Below are positions 27,253-36,008 of a stretch of 64,000 bases of DNA, piece after piece. The stretch is taken from the NCBI GenBank assembly GCA_018000455.1, contig JAGNJW010000008.1:24294-88293 (forward strand), written 5' to 3'. Numbering within the stretch: the first letter of the stretch is position 1; each line of letters begins with the position of its first letter. The DNA comes from Acidobacteriota bacterium. Lineage in GTDB: Bacteria > Acidobacteriota > Vicinamibacteria > Vicinamibacterales > UBA2999. The position numbers and the translations under genes were made by a program. The notes under the pieces were generated by a model. The model was not told the DNA's origin. It ran no database searches and saw nothing but the letters and a program-made list of their open reading frames with translations.

Positions 27253-29142
27253 ATGACCGCCATGCGCATGATGTTTCAGGTCGTCGTCTGTGCCGGGCTC
27301 GTCGCCGCGCTGGCGGCGCCGGCGGCCGCGCAGGCGCCGGTGGCCTACCGCGTGTCGTTTCCGACGCCCGAGCACCGCTGGATGCAGGTGGAGGTCACCT
27401 TTCGCGACGTGCCGGCCGGTCCGCTGCAGGTGCGCATGAGCCGTAGCTCGCCGGGCCGCTACGCCCTGCACGAGTTCGCCAAGAACGTGTTCGACGTGCA
27501 GGTGAAGGACGGCAAGGGCCGTTTGCTCGCGCCGCTGCGGCCGAACCTCCACCAGTGGACCGTGCCCGGCCACGACGGCACGGTGGTGGTCAGCTACCGC
27601 GTGTTCGGCGATCGCACCGACGGCACCTATCTCAGCGTGGACGCGACGCACGCACACCTGAACATGCCGGCCTCGCTCATGTGGGCGCGCGGGCTCGAGC
27701 AGCGCACGGCGCGCGTCGAGTTCGTGCCGCCGCCGGGCGCGACCTGGAACGTCGCCACGCAGCTCTTCCCCACGGGCAGCCCGCACGTCTTCACCGCGCC
27801 CAACCTGCAGTACCTGATGGACAGCCCGGCCGAAGTGGGCACCTTCGCCCTGCGGACCTTCGCCGTCGACGACGGTAAGGGCCCGCAGACGTTCCGCATC
27901 GCGCTGCACCACGACGGCAGCGATGCCGAGGCCGACGCCCTTGCCCGAGACGTCGAGAAGATCGTACGCGAGACGATGCCGATCTTCGGCGAGCTGCCGC
28001 GCTTCGACGGCGGCACCTACACGTTTCTTTCCGACTACCTGCCGTGGGCGAGCGGCGACGGCATGGAGCATCGCAACAGCACGGTGCTCTCGTCGCCGGG
28101 GGGCCTGCGCAGTCCCGGCCAGCGTGCCGGCATCATCGGCACCGTCGCCCACGAGTTCTTCCACGCCTGGAACATGGAACGCATCCGGTCGAAGGCGATC
28201 GAGCCCTTTGATTTCGAAGACGCCAACATGTCGGGCGAGCTGTGGTTCGGCGAAGGCTTCACGAGCTACTACGACGCCCTCATCACCCAGCGCGCCGGGC
28301 TGACCACGCTCGACGACATGCTGGGCGACTACGCGGGCCTCGTCAACGCCGTGACTCTGGCGCCGGGCCGCCACATCCGCACCGCCGAGCAGATGTCGCA
28401 ACTGGCGCCGTTTGTCGATGCCGCCGTGTCGATCGACAAGACGGCGTGGCCCAACACCTTCATCTCCTACTACACGTGGGGCGCCGCGCTCGGACTGGCC
28501 ATGGACCTGTCGCTGCGCGACATGACCAACGACAAGGTCACGCTCGACGACTACATGAAGCTGATGTGGACGGAGTACGGCGTGCCGGGCATGAAGGGCG
28601 CGCCCGGCGTCGTGGCCAAGACCTACACGATGGAAGACCTGCAGGGGCACCTCGCGCAGCTCTCCGGCAACGTCACGTTCGCGCGCGAGTTCTTCGCCAA
28701 GTTCGTGCAGGGGCACGAGGTGCCCGACTACGCGACGTTGCTCGGCAAGATGGGCCTGGTCGTGCGCAAGCGCGCGGCGGGGAAGTCGTGGCTCGGCAAT
28801 GCCGCCTTGCAGCCGGCAGCCGGCGGCCTGCGCGTGGGCCTGGTGCCGTTCGACTCGCCGCTCTACAAGGCCGGCGTGGCCGATGGCGATCAGCTCGTGG
28901 CCGTGGGTGGCGTGGCGGTGACGACGCCGCAGGCTGTGACCGACGTGCTCGCGAAACGCAGCCCGGGCACTTCGCTTCCCCTGCGCTTCGTGCGGCGCAG
29001 CGGCGGCGACCCCGTGACCGCCACGGTGACGCTCGAGGAAGACCCACGCATCGAGATCGTGACGGCCGAATCCACCAGGGCCGCTGTCGCGCCTGAGCAG
29101 AAGCAGCGGCGCACGGCCTGGCTGGCGTCGAAGACCCGATGA
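27253..29142 (+). CDS. M61 glycyl aminopeptidase with C-terminal PDZ domain (copy 1)
   Basis: Signal-like N-terminus. Zinc motif HEFFHAWN. The overall layout is paralogous to 37686..39497. Confidence 0.9.
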   Translation: MTAMRMMFQVVVCAGLVAALAAPAAAQAPVAYRVSFPTPEHRWMQVEVTFRDVPAGPLQVRMSRSSPGRYALHEFAKNVFDVQVKDGKGRLLAPLRPNLHQWTVPGHDGTVVVSYRVFGDRTDGTYLSVDATHAHLNMPASLMWARGLEQRTARVEFVPPPGATWNVATQLFPTGSPHVFTAPNLQYLMDSPAEVGTFALRTFAVDDGKGPQTFRIALHHDGSDAEADALARDVEKIVRETMPIFGELPRFDGGTYTFLSDYLPWASGDGMEHRNSTVLSSPGGLRSPGQRAGIIGTVAHEFFHAWNMERIRSKAIEPFDFEDANMSGELWFGEGFTSYYDALITQRAGLTTLDDMLGDYAGLVNAVTLAPGRHIRTAEQMSQLAPFVDAAVSIDKTAWPNTFISYYTWGAALGLAMDLSLRDMTNDKVTLDDYMKLMWTEYGVPGMKGAPGVVAKTYTMEDLQGHLAQLSGNVTFAREFFAKFVQGHEVPDYATLLGKMGLVVRKRAAGKSWLGNAALQPAAGGLRVGLVPFDSPLYKAGVADGDQLVAVGGVAVTTPQAVTDVLAKRSPGTSLPLRFVRRSGGDPVTATVTLEEDPRIEIVTAESTRAAVAPEQKQRRTAWLASKTR

Positions 29143-29573
29143 GGCATTCCCCGATCGTCCGCCGTGCCCTCCTTGCCGTGGTGGCGGCCTTCGCCGCATC
29201 AGTCGTTCCCATGCTGGCCGAGCAGCAGGAAGATCTGTCGAAGGTGCCTCGGATCACGCTGGCCGAGTACAGGCCGCTGCAGGCGAAGAATGCCGTGCTC
29301 ACGATCGACGTGCGCGACCCGCACGGGTTCGACGCCGGCCACGTGCCGGGCGCCCTCAACGTCTCGGTCGTGGACGTCGAGATCATGGCCAATCGGGTGC
29401 TCAAGGAAAAGCGGCCGGTCGTCGCCTACTGCGCCTGTCCCGACGATCACTCGGCGCTGTACGTGGCCGCCAAGCTCATGCGCGTGGGCGTGAACGACAT
29501 CCGCGTCCTCACCGGCGGCTGGAACGCCTGGAAGGCCGCCGGCGGCAAGGTCGAGATGACGCCCGAGCCCTGA
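29139..29573 (+). CDS. Rhodanese-domain sulfurtransferase-like protein, secreted
   Basis: ATGA overlap with the M61 stop. The active-site loop is AYCACPDDH, followed by GGWNAW. Confidence 0.8.
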   Translation: MRHSPIVRRALLAVVAAFAASVVPMLAEQQEDLSKVPRITLAEYRPLQAKNAVLTIDVRDPHGFDAGHVPGALNVSVVDVEIMANRVLKEKRPVVAYCACPDDHSALYVAAKLMRVGVNDIRVLTGGWNAWKAAGGKVEMTPEP

Positions 29574-29650
29574 CGGTCCGCCGGCTACGCCAGCGTCCCT
29601 GATACACTGAAATCTGGCCACGTCGGCCACCCGGAGACCGAACTGCACTC

Positions 29651-30070
29651 ATGACCACCACACGCCTCTTCGTTGCCGCCAGCACTGTTCTCGCCGTTGT
29701 CATCACGTCCTGGATGGGTCCTGTCGATGCCCGCGCGGCCCAGGAGATGTTGGCCAGTCAGGGCGTCTACACCGCCGAGCAGGCCAACCGAGGTGTCACG
29801 CTGTACGACACGTCGTGCGCGTCGTGCCATGAGCTGGGCAAGTTCAAGGGCACCGAGTTCGCCAACGCCTGGGCCGACAAGCCGCTGACCGACCTGCACA
29901 ACGCCGTCACGTCGATGCCGATGGACGCGCCCGGCAGCATGAAGCCAGAGGAGTACGCCGACATCCTCGCCTACTTCCTGAGCATCAACGACTATCCGGC
30001 CGGCGAGACCGAGCTGGCCGGCACCGAGGACGCGATCAAGGCCATCAAGCTCGACGTCATCAAGAAGTAG
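29651..30070 (+). CDS. Small monohaem c-type cytochrome
   Basis: Signal-like N-terminus. A single CASCH motif. Confidence 0.75.
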   Translation: MTTTRLFVAASTVLAVVITSWMGPVDARAAQEMLASQGVYTAEQANRGVTLYDTSCASCHELGKFKGTEFANAWADKPLTDLHNAVTSMPMDAPGSMKPEEYADILAYFLSINDYPAGETELAGTEDAIKAIKLDVIKK

Positions 30071-30074
30071 CGCG

Positions 30075-30431
30075 CTACTGCGCGTTCTTGGCCGCCTCGT
30101 CGGTCGACTTCCGTAGTTCCTTGACGAGGAAGTAGGTGCCGGCGAGACTGGCGGCGGTAACGAGCAGCGTCATCATCATCATGCCGCCGCCCCCACCGCC
30201 GCCGCCCATCATCTGCTTGCGCACCGGCGTGGCCGGACGCGCCGGCACCCGCGGGAACGGCGACGTCTGGGCGGCGGCCGCGGCGGCGCGATCGATCGAG
30301 GAACGCAGCGCCGTCGTCTGCGGGCGCGTCGCCGTGCCGCCGTCGCCGTCGGAGGCGAGCGACGGACCGGCGGTGACGGCCGACAGGAACGCGGTCAGGG
30401 TGAGAACGGTCGCGAATCGGGCTCGACGCAT
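30075..30431 (-). CDS. Small secreted / C-terminally anchored hypothetical protein with a Met-Gly low-complexity block
   Basis: Signal MRRARFATVLTLTAFLSAVTAG. It contains ...KQMMGGGGGGGGMMMMTLLVTAASLAGTYFLV.... GGAGG lies upstream of the ATG. Confidence 0.5.
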   Translation of the reverse strand: MRRARFATVLTLTAFLSAVTAGPSLASDGDGGTATRPQTTALRSSIDRAAAAAAQTSPFPRVPARPATPVRKQMMGGGGGGGGMMMMTLLVTAASLAGTYFLVKELRKSTDEAAKNAQ

Positions 30432-30446
30432 GGGAATCCTCCAGGA

Positions 30447-30472
30447 GCGACTCGGGTGCGAGCGTGAGTCGC
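30447..30472 (-). promoter_or_regulatory. 5'-leader stem-loop upstream of 30075..30431
   Basis: GCGACTC ... GAGTCGC forms a 7-bp stem between the conserved 29-nt element and the RBS. Confidence 0.3.
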
Positions 30473-30481
30473 ATCACCCTC

Positions 30482-30510
30482 AACGCGCGGACTGGTAGGA
30501 ACCGGGACCA
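30482..30510 (-). repeat. Conserved 29-nt upstream element, copy 1
   Basis: The plus-strand sequence AACGCGCGGACTGGTAGGAACCGGGACCA matches 31245..31273 at 27 of 29 positions. It lies about 50 nt upstream of the start codon. Confidence 0.6.
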
Positions 30511-30558
30511 TCGCACCGGAGGCGCGTGTCGACCGCCTCCCGAAGGGCGTTCGCCGGT

Positions 30559-31182
30559 CTAGCGCGCCTCGAAGTTCCAGGAGCCGCTGAAGGTCGTTCC
30601 GGCCACGGTCAATGGCGTCATGGTCCCGCTGATCCGGGTGCCGATCACCGACCCACTGATGAACAGGTCCATCTGGACTCCCGTCTCGCTTTGCGCCGTG
30701 CCTGTGGGGCACGTGACGGTGACGGGGAACGCCGTGTCCGGCAGCGTCACCCGGCCGCCCACCGAGCCGTTGGGTGCGACAAACAGGTAGCCGTCGCTCT
30801 TTTTCATCAGCACATCCCAGCTTCCGGTTCCGTAGCTGCACGGTCCGACGCTACCGGTATGGGTCAGCTTCAAGAGACCGGGTTGGAGCACGTAGGTCAA
30901 AGCGTTTGTGGGGATCAGGGGGGCCAGCAGATCCGGAGGATCGTACGTATTCAGGATGTCGCCGGGCTCGAAGGTCACGGTCCCCTCGAATGACTGTGTC
31001 GTGTCGAGCGGCGAGACCAGGGTGCGCCTGACGGCCGTCATGGTGCCGCGCCAGCTCGCCGCGGGGGGCGGGGTCGAGGCCGTCGGCACCGGGCTCGGAC
31101 CGGCTGGTGTCGGGCTGCTACTGCCGCCGCCGCACGCCAGGGTCATCGCCAGTGGAGCCAGCGCGAGGATCAGACGCTTCAT
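30559..31182 (-). CDS. Hypothetical lipoprotein
   Basis: Lipobox in MKRLILALAPLAMTLACGGGSS, followed by a Pro-rich linker and a beta-rich body. Confidence 0.6.
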   Translation of the reverse strand: MKRLILALAPLAMTLACGGGSSSPTPAGPSPVPTASTPPPAASWRGTMTAVRRTLVSPLDTTQSFEGTVTFEPGDILNTYDPPDLLAPLIPTNALTYVLQPGLLKLTHTGSVGPCSYGTGSWDVLMKKSDGYLFVAPNGSVGGRVTLPDTAFPVTVTCPTGTAQSETGVQMDLFISGSVIGTRISGTMTPLTVAGTTFSGSWNFEAR

Positions 31183-31202
31183 CGTGTCTCTCCGTAAATG
31201 TG

Positions 31203-31234
31203 CGCGTCAGGTCGCCACCAACGGGACCTGACGC
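31203..31234 (-). promoter_or_regulatory. 5'-leader stem-loop upstream of 30559..31182
   Basis: GCGTCAGGTC - 12 nt - GACCTGACGC is a perfect 10-bp inverted repeat. Confidence 0.35.
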
Positions 31235-31244
31235 CTCACCCCTT

Positions 31245-31273
31245 AACGCGCGGACCGGCAGGAACCGGGACCA
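31245..31273 (-). repeat. Conserved 29-nt upstream element, copy 2
   Basis: The plus-strand sequence is AACGCGCGGACCGGCAGGAACCGGGACCA. It lies about 62 nt upstream of the lipoprotein start and about 40 nt upstream of the divergent sigma-factor start. Confidence 0.6.
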
Positions 31274-31313
31274 GTGGCCCGGACGCGCCGCGTTTTCGCC
31301 TCCGGGAAGGCGT

Positions 31314-31931
31314 ATGCTCAGCGCCATGGCCGAGGAGGGCGCCGCGCCCCAGGATGTGACCGCCCTGCTGCGGGAGTGGCGGGGCGGCGACGGTGCGGCG
31401 CTCGATGCCCTGATGCCGCTCGTCTACCGCGAGCTCCACCTCATCGCTGCCCGCTACATGTCGGGCGAGCGCCCGGGGCACACGCTGCAGAGCACGGCGC
31501 TCGTGAACGAGGCGTTCCTGCGTCTGGTGAAGCAGCGGGTCGACTGGCAGAGCCGCGCGCACTTCTTCGCCGTCGCCGCCACCGCCATGCGCCGCATCCT
31601 GGTCGATCACGCCCGGCGTCTGCGCGCCGGCAAGCGCGGCAGCGCCACGCCGCCAATACCGCTCGACGAGGCCGTGGCGCTCACGGCGCCGCCGCCCGGC
31701 GTGGACGCGGTGGACGCCGTGGCGCTGGATTGCGCGTTACAGGCATTGGAAGCAATCGATGCCCAGCAGGGCCGGATCATCGAGCTGCGCTTCTTCGGCG
31801 GCCTGACCGTCGAGGAGACGGCCGACGTGCTCGGGGTGTCGCCGACCACCGTGAAGCGCGAATGGGCCATCGCCCGGGCCTGGCTGCTGCGGGCCATCGA
31901 GCACGGCGCGCCCGGCTCGACGTCGCCATGA
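31314..31931 (+). CDS. ECF-type sigma-70 family factor (kinase-associated subgroup)
   Basis: ...DVTALLREWRGGDGAALDALMPLVYRELHLIAARYM...ALVNEAFLRL is the sigma-2 region. ...LRFFGGLTVEETADVLGVSPTTVKREW is the sigma-4 HTH. Alternative ATG at 31326. Confidence 0.85.
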   Translation: MLSAMAEEGAAPQDVTALLREWRGGDGAALDALMPLVYRELHLIAARYMSGERPGHTLQSTALVNEAFLRLVKQRVDWQSRAHFFAVAATAMRRILVDHARRLRAGKRGSATPPIPLDEAVALTAPPPGVDAVDAVALDCALQALEAIDAQQGRIIELRFFGGLTVEETADVLGVSPTTVKREWAIARAWLLRAIEHGAPGSTSP

Positions 31932-31938
31932 GCCGCCG

Positions 31939-34440
31939 ATGACCGACGCCGAACGCTGGGTCGCGGTGAAAGCGCTGGTCGGGGACGCCCTCGACCTCGC
32001 GCCCGAGGCGCGCGCGGCGTGGCTCGCCGCCCAGGACGTGTCCGAGGACCTGCGCGAGGAGGCCGCCGCGCTGCTCGATGCCGACGCCCGCGCGGGACCG
32101 TTCCTGGTCCGGGCCGCGATCTTCGAGACGGCCGCCGCCGGTGCCGTCCACGATGCCACCCGCGCGGCCGCGGCGCCGGCGATCGGGCCAGGTCAGCGTC
32201 TGGGGGCCTATCGCGTCGAACGCGTCATCGGCGAGGGTGGGATGGGCACGGTCTACCTCGCCACGCGGGCCGACGACGCCTTCGACAAACAGGTCGCGAT
32301 CAAGCTCGTGCGGGCGGGGCTGGCCGGTCCAGGGCTCGTCGAGCGCCTGCGCGAGGAACGGCGCGTGCTGGCGTCCCTCGATCACCCCAACATCGCCCGG
32401 CTGCTCGATGGCGGCGCCACCGACGACGGCGTGCCCTACGTGGTGATGGAGTACGTCGACGGTCTGCCCGTCGACGCCTACTGCGAGGCACGCGGCACGA
32501 CGGTCGCCGGGCGGGTCGCGCTCGTGCGGCACGTCTGCGACGCGGTGCACGACGCGCATCGCAATCTGGTCGTGCACCGCGACATCAAGCCCGGCAACAT
32601 CCTGGTCACCGCCGACGGCACGCCGAAGCTGCTCGACTTCGGCATCGCCAAGGTGCTCGGAGGGGTGGCAGCCTCACGCAGCCAGACCGTGGGCGCGATG
32701 ACCCCCGACAGCGCCAGTCCTGAACAGGTCACCGGCGGCGCCATCACGGTGGGCACCGACGTCTACGGCTTGGGCCTGCTGCTCTACCGGCTGCTCGCCG
32801 GCCGCGGGCCGTTCGACACGGCCGGCAGCGCCGCGGCGCTGCTCCGGGCGGTGTGCGAGGACGATCCGGTGCCGCCCAGCCGGCTCGCTCCCGGCCTGTC
32901 GATTCCGGCGGATCTCGATCGCATCGTGCTCAAGGCGCTGGCCAAACGTCCGCAGGATCGCTATGACACGGCCGCCGCGCTCTCCGACGACCTCGGTCGC
33001 CTGCTCGACCAACGGCCCGTCAGGGCCACGCCCGATTCGCTCGCCTACCGCAGCCGTCGCTTCGTGGCACGGCACCGGTTGGGCACCGCGGTTGCCGCCA
33101 CGGCCATCATCGTGCTCCTGGCCGGCGTCGTCGCCACGGCCTGGCAAGCAGGTATCGCGCGACGCGAACGAGCCCGTGCCGAGCAGCGCTTCGACGACCT
33201 GCGCCGCCTCGCCAACACGCTCATCTTCCGCATCCACGACGCGGTGAGCGAGCTGCCGGGGTCGACGCCCGTGCGTCAGACCATCGTCGAGAGCGCGGTC
33301 GTCTATCTCGACACGCTGGCACGCGAGGCGACCGACGACCTGCCTCTGCAGCGCGAGTTGGCGGCCGCCTACGAACGCCTGGCCTCGGTGCAGGGCCGAA
33401 GCGGCGCGGCCAACCTCGGCGACGTTGCCGGCGCCCGCGTCAACCTCGACAAGGCGCTCGCGTTGAGGCGCGCCATCGCCTCGCCGCCGCGGGCAACGCC
33501 CGTCGACACGGTCGCCCTCGCCACGACCCTCGAACGCCTGGCCAACCTCCCGGCGACTCCCGAGACGCGATCGGCCCTCGCGCTCGAGGGTCTGGCCCTG
33601 CTCGACGCCCTGCCCGCCGCCGATGCCGCCACGCTCGGGGCCAGAGCCGCCCGCGCCGCCCTCGTGTGGAACGACGCCGTGAGCCGCGCCGATCGCAAGG
33701 ACTACGCCGCCGCCGCGGAGCGCTACCAGCAGGCCGCCAGCCTGTTCGAGCAGTTGATGCTCGCCGACCCGGCCGGCGCCGTCGCGCGTGGCCGCAGCCT
33801 GGCGATCGCCTACCGCAACATCGGCTCCGTCCGCTGGATGCTGGACGATCGGCCGGCCGCCATCGAGGCCTACCGCCAGGCCCTGGCCCTCGACGAATCG
33901 CGGCTGGCCACGCAGCCCGACAACACGACCTGGCGGCTGGATCTGTCCTACAGCGTGTCATCCATCGCCTTTGCCGAGCTCGAGACCGGCGCGACGGCGG
34001 CGGCGGTCGCACACTACGAGCGAGCGCTCGATCTGCGCCAACAGGCTCTGACCGCTGATCCGCAAAACGACCAGGCCCAGGACGGCGTGATGCGGGCGCA
34101 GCGGGCCCTGGCCCGCGCGCTCGGGCTGCAGGGGCAGGAGCGCCGGGCGCTCGACGCGTCGGCCGCGGCAGTGCGGATGGCGGAAGTGCGGCTCCAATCA
34201 CGGCCGGACGCCGGCCGGGCCGCGGCCCTCGTGGAGTCGCTGCTCGCCGAGGTGCGGCTGCGCCGGCACTTCGCCGCGCGCACGCCCGCGCACGTCCAGG
34301 CCGCCTGTCTCGCGTTCGATCGCATCGAGGTCGTGCGGCGGCAGGCGGTGGCAGCCGGCGCCACGCGTGCGCCCGGCCCCGGCGAGGCGGAACTGGCGGG
34401 CGAACGCGGGTCGTGTCCGGCCCCGCCGCGCGGGCGCTGA
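31939..34440 (+). CDS. Ser/Thr protein kinase with a TM segment and a long TPR-like C-terminal region
   Basis: Kinase motifs: GEGGMGTVYLA, VAIKLV, HRDIKPGNIL, DFGIAK. A TM segment at about AVAATAIIVLLAGVVATAW is followed by repeated helical TPR-like units. Confidence 0.9.
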   Translation: MTDAERWVAVKALVGDALDLAPEARAAWLAAQDVSEDLREEAAALLDADARAGPFLVRAAIFETAAAGAVHDATRAAAAPAIGPGQRLGAYRVERVIGEGGMGTVYLATRADDAFDKQVAIKLVRAGLAGPGLVERLREERRVLASLDHPNIARLLDGGATDDGVPYVVMEYVDGLPVDAYCEARGTTVAGRVALVRHVCDAVHDAHRNLVVHRDIKPGNILVTADGTPKLLDFGIAKVLGGVAASRSQTVGAMTPDSASPEQVTGGAITVGTDVYGLGLLLYRLLAGRGPFDTAGSAAALLRAVCEDDPVPPSRLAPGLSIPADLDRIVLKALAKRPQDRYDTAAALSDDLGRLLDQRPVRATPDSLAYRSRRFVARHRLGTAVAATAIIVLLAGVVATAWQAGIARRERARAEQRFDDLRRLANTLIFRIHDAVSELPGSTPVRQTIVESAVVYLDTLAREATDDLPLQRELAAAYERLASVQGRSGAANLGDVAGARVNLDKALALRRAIASPPRATPVDTVALATTLERLANLPATPETRSALALEGLALLDALPAADAATLGARAARAALVWNDAVSRADRKDYAAAAERYQQAASLFEQLMLADPAGAVARGRSLAIAYRNIGSVRWMLDDRPAAIEAYRQALALDESRLATQPDNTTWRLDLSYSVSSIAFAELETGATAAAVAHYERALDLRQQALTADPQNDQAQDGVMRAQRALARALGLQGQERRALDASAAAVRMAEVRLQSRPDAGRAAALVESLLAEVRLRRHFAARTPAHVQAACLAFDRIEVVRRQAVAAGATRAPGPGEAELAGERGSCPAPPRGR

Positions 34441-34496
34441 CCCCGCGCGCCGGGGAGATCGCCTTGTCTTGTTGAGTCTGGCGGCAGATGCCGTCG

Positions 34497-35243
34497 TCAG
34501 GGCGACGTGGCGTAGGCGATTTCGTCGGCCACGAAGGCGCGCCACTCCGCTTCGGTGCGCACCTCGAAGGTTGCGCGCATGCGGTAGTGGCCCAGTCCGC
34601 AGAGCTGCGAGCAGCCGACCTCCCACGCCCCGGTCGTGATGGGCGTGAACCAGGCGCTCACCGGCAACCCGGGCGTCACGTCCTGCTTCACGCGCATGGT
34701 GGCCAGCGTGAAGCTGTGAATCACGTCCTTGCTCGACAGGTGCGCGACGGTCGGCCGGTCGACCGGCACGACGAGCATGCCGATGAGCACGAAGTCGTCG
34801 GCCGCGGCCGGATCGGTGCGGTCGATGCCGATCGGATCGGCCGCGGTGATGAGCGACGGCGCCGTGCGGCCGAAGCGGCCGTCGAAACCCGGGTAGTGGA
34901 AGTTCCACGCGTACTGCTCGCCGATGACGCGCACCTCGGCGGCGGCCAGAGGTGGCGGCACGGCCCGCTCGCGCCACGCCGGGAGCGCCGAACCGGCCAG
35001 CAGCCACACGTCGCCGAGCACGATGGCGGCAATCGCCATGAGCGGCCAGTGCCGGCCGGCGGGGCTGCTCGGGGCCACGCCCGCGCGCGCCCGGAACCGC
35101 ACGAGAATCATCGCGAAGATCGCCAGCCAGCTCAGGAAGACGATGGCCGCCTCGGTGTGCGCGGTGGCGAGCACGCCGTCGAACTGCGCCGCATGCGTGG
35201 AGGCGGGCGTCGGCAGCCAGCGGTTCAGCCACTCGCCGATCAC
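34497..35243 (-). CDS. ctaC: Cytochrome c oxidase subunit II (CuA cupredoxin, no fused cytochrome c)
   Basis: CuA ligands are visible in ...HSF...CSQLCGLGHYRM. The GTG start overlaps the upstream stop (GTGA). Confidence 0.85.
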   Translation of the reverse strand: MIGEWLNRWLPTPASTHAAQFDGVLATAHTEAAIVFLSWLAIFAMILVRFRARAGVAPSSPAGRHWPLMAIAAIVLGDVWLLAGSALPAWRERAVPPPLAAAEVRVIGEQYAWNFHYPGFDGRFGRTAPSLITAADPIGIDRTDPAAADDFVLIGMLVVPVDRPTVAHLSSKDVIHSFTLATMRVKQDVTPGLPVSAWFTPITTGAWEVGCSQLCGLGHYRMRATFEVRTEAEWRAFVADEIAYATSP

Positions 35244-35440
35244 GACGCGGCCCCCGGCGCCGGCCGGTGCTCATCAGCCTCGGCGGCGTCATGCCGCACG
35301 ACCGCCAGGGCGCCGCGCGCGAACGCCGCTACCACCAGCACCACCAGCGCCGCCAACACGGCGACCCCTGCGTGGAGCCCGCTCGTGAGGAGCGAATCGA
35401 GCGGACGCGCGCACACGAGGCAGGCGACAACGAGGCTCAT
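35240..35440 (-). CDS. Small (66-aa) membrane protein inside the oxidase cluster
   Basis: Product MSLVVACLVCARPLDSLLTSGLHAGVAVLAALVVLVVAAF.... It has ATGA/GTGA overlaps with both neighbours. It lies below the 60-aa-from-start logic of the track because it is embedded in the long ORF 35240..36154. Confidence 0.4.
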   Translation of the reverse strand: MSLVVACLVCARPLDSLLTSGLHAGVAVLAALVVLVVAAFARGALAVVRHDAAEADEHRPAPGAAS

Positions 35441-35997
35441 ATCAGGTACAACCCCACCACCGTCGTGAGCCACAGCGCGAACATCAGCAGCCAGTAGCGC
35501 TCCAGCATGGCACCGCGCCTGGCCCGCTGCAGTGCCGGCGCAGGTTCGAGCGCCACCCACACGGCGGCGATCGTGCCACCGGCGACGAGAACGGCCACAG
35601 TACCGGTGAGCGCATACCAGCAGGCCAGTGGAACGCTCGACGCCGGCAGGTGCCCCTGCGAGGCGAGCCACCCGGCGACGTAGATGCACCGCCAGACGAA
35701 CGCCGTGCCGGCCAGGCCCACCAGCCACGAGAAGCGTGGGAGTCCGGCGATCGGCACGCCCTCGCCCGACAGGCGCCGCGACTGCATCACCGCGAAGCCC
35801 AGCCACATGGTGCGGAACCAGTGGTCCACGGCCATCGACCACTCGCCGGCCGACCCGGCACGCCACGGCGTCTCCCAGATGGTGCTCCCGGCCCGTAGCA
35901 GCACGTAGCCCGAGAAGAGGGCGCCATAGAACATGACGACCGAGGCGATGAAGAGCCACATGCCGGTGAGTGCGGCGCGCCCTTCGCGGTCGGACAT
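35437..35997 (-). CDS. Cytochrome c oxidase subunit III-like protein
   Basis: Internal ATG at 35997 gives MSDREGRAALTGMWLFIASVVMFYGALFSGYVLLR..., a polytopic protein. Confidence 0.7.
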   Translation of the reverse strand: MSDREGRAALTGMWLFIASVVMFYGALFSGYVLLRAGSTIWETPWRAGSAGEWSMAVDHWFRTMWLGFAVMQSRRLSGEGVPIAGLPRFSWLVGLAGTAFVWRCIYVAGWLASQGHLPASSVPLACWYALTGTVAVLVAGGTIAAVWVALEPAPALQRARRGAMLERYWLLMFALWLTTVVGLYLI

Positions 35998-36008
35998 CGT
36001 GACCGCGC

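Noticed and set aside
30061-30090. Palindrome GTAGCGCGCTAC flanked by CAAGAA/TTCTTG at the junction of two convergent genes
   Set aside because: The core palindrome is simply the two stop codons (TAG / CTA) facing each other across GCGC. It could act as a terminator hairpin, but there is no independent support.
31261-31294. Reading the shared element as a canonical autoregulatory ECF promoter (GGAAC ... CGTT) for the sigma gene
   Set aside because: The spacing between GGAAC and the nearest CGTT is about 25 nt, not 16 to 17. The other copy of the element points at no plus-strand gene. I kept it only as an unexplained conserved element.
34442-34456. CCCCG-CGCGC-CGGGG hairpin after the kinase gene as a terminator
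   Set aside because: It has only a 5-bp stem and no U-tract. Hairpins of this size are frequent in such GC-rich sequence.
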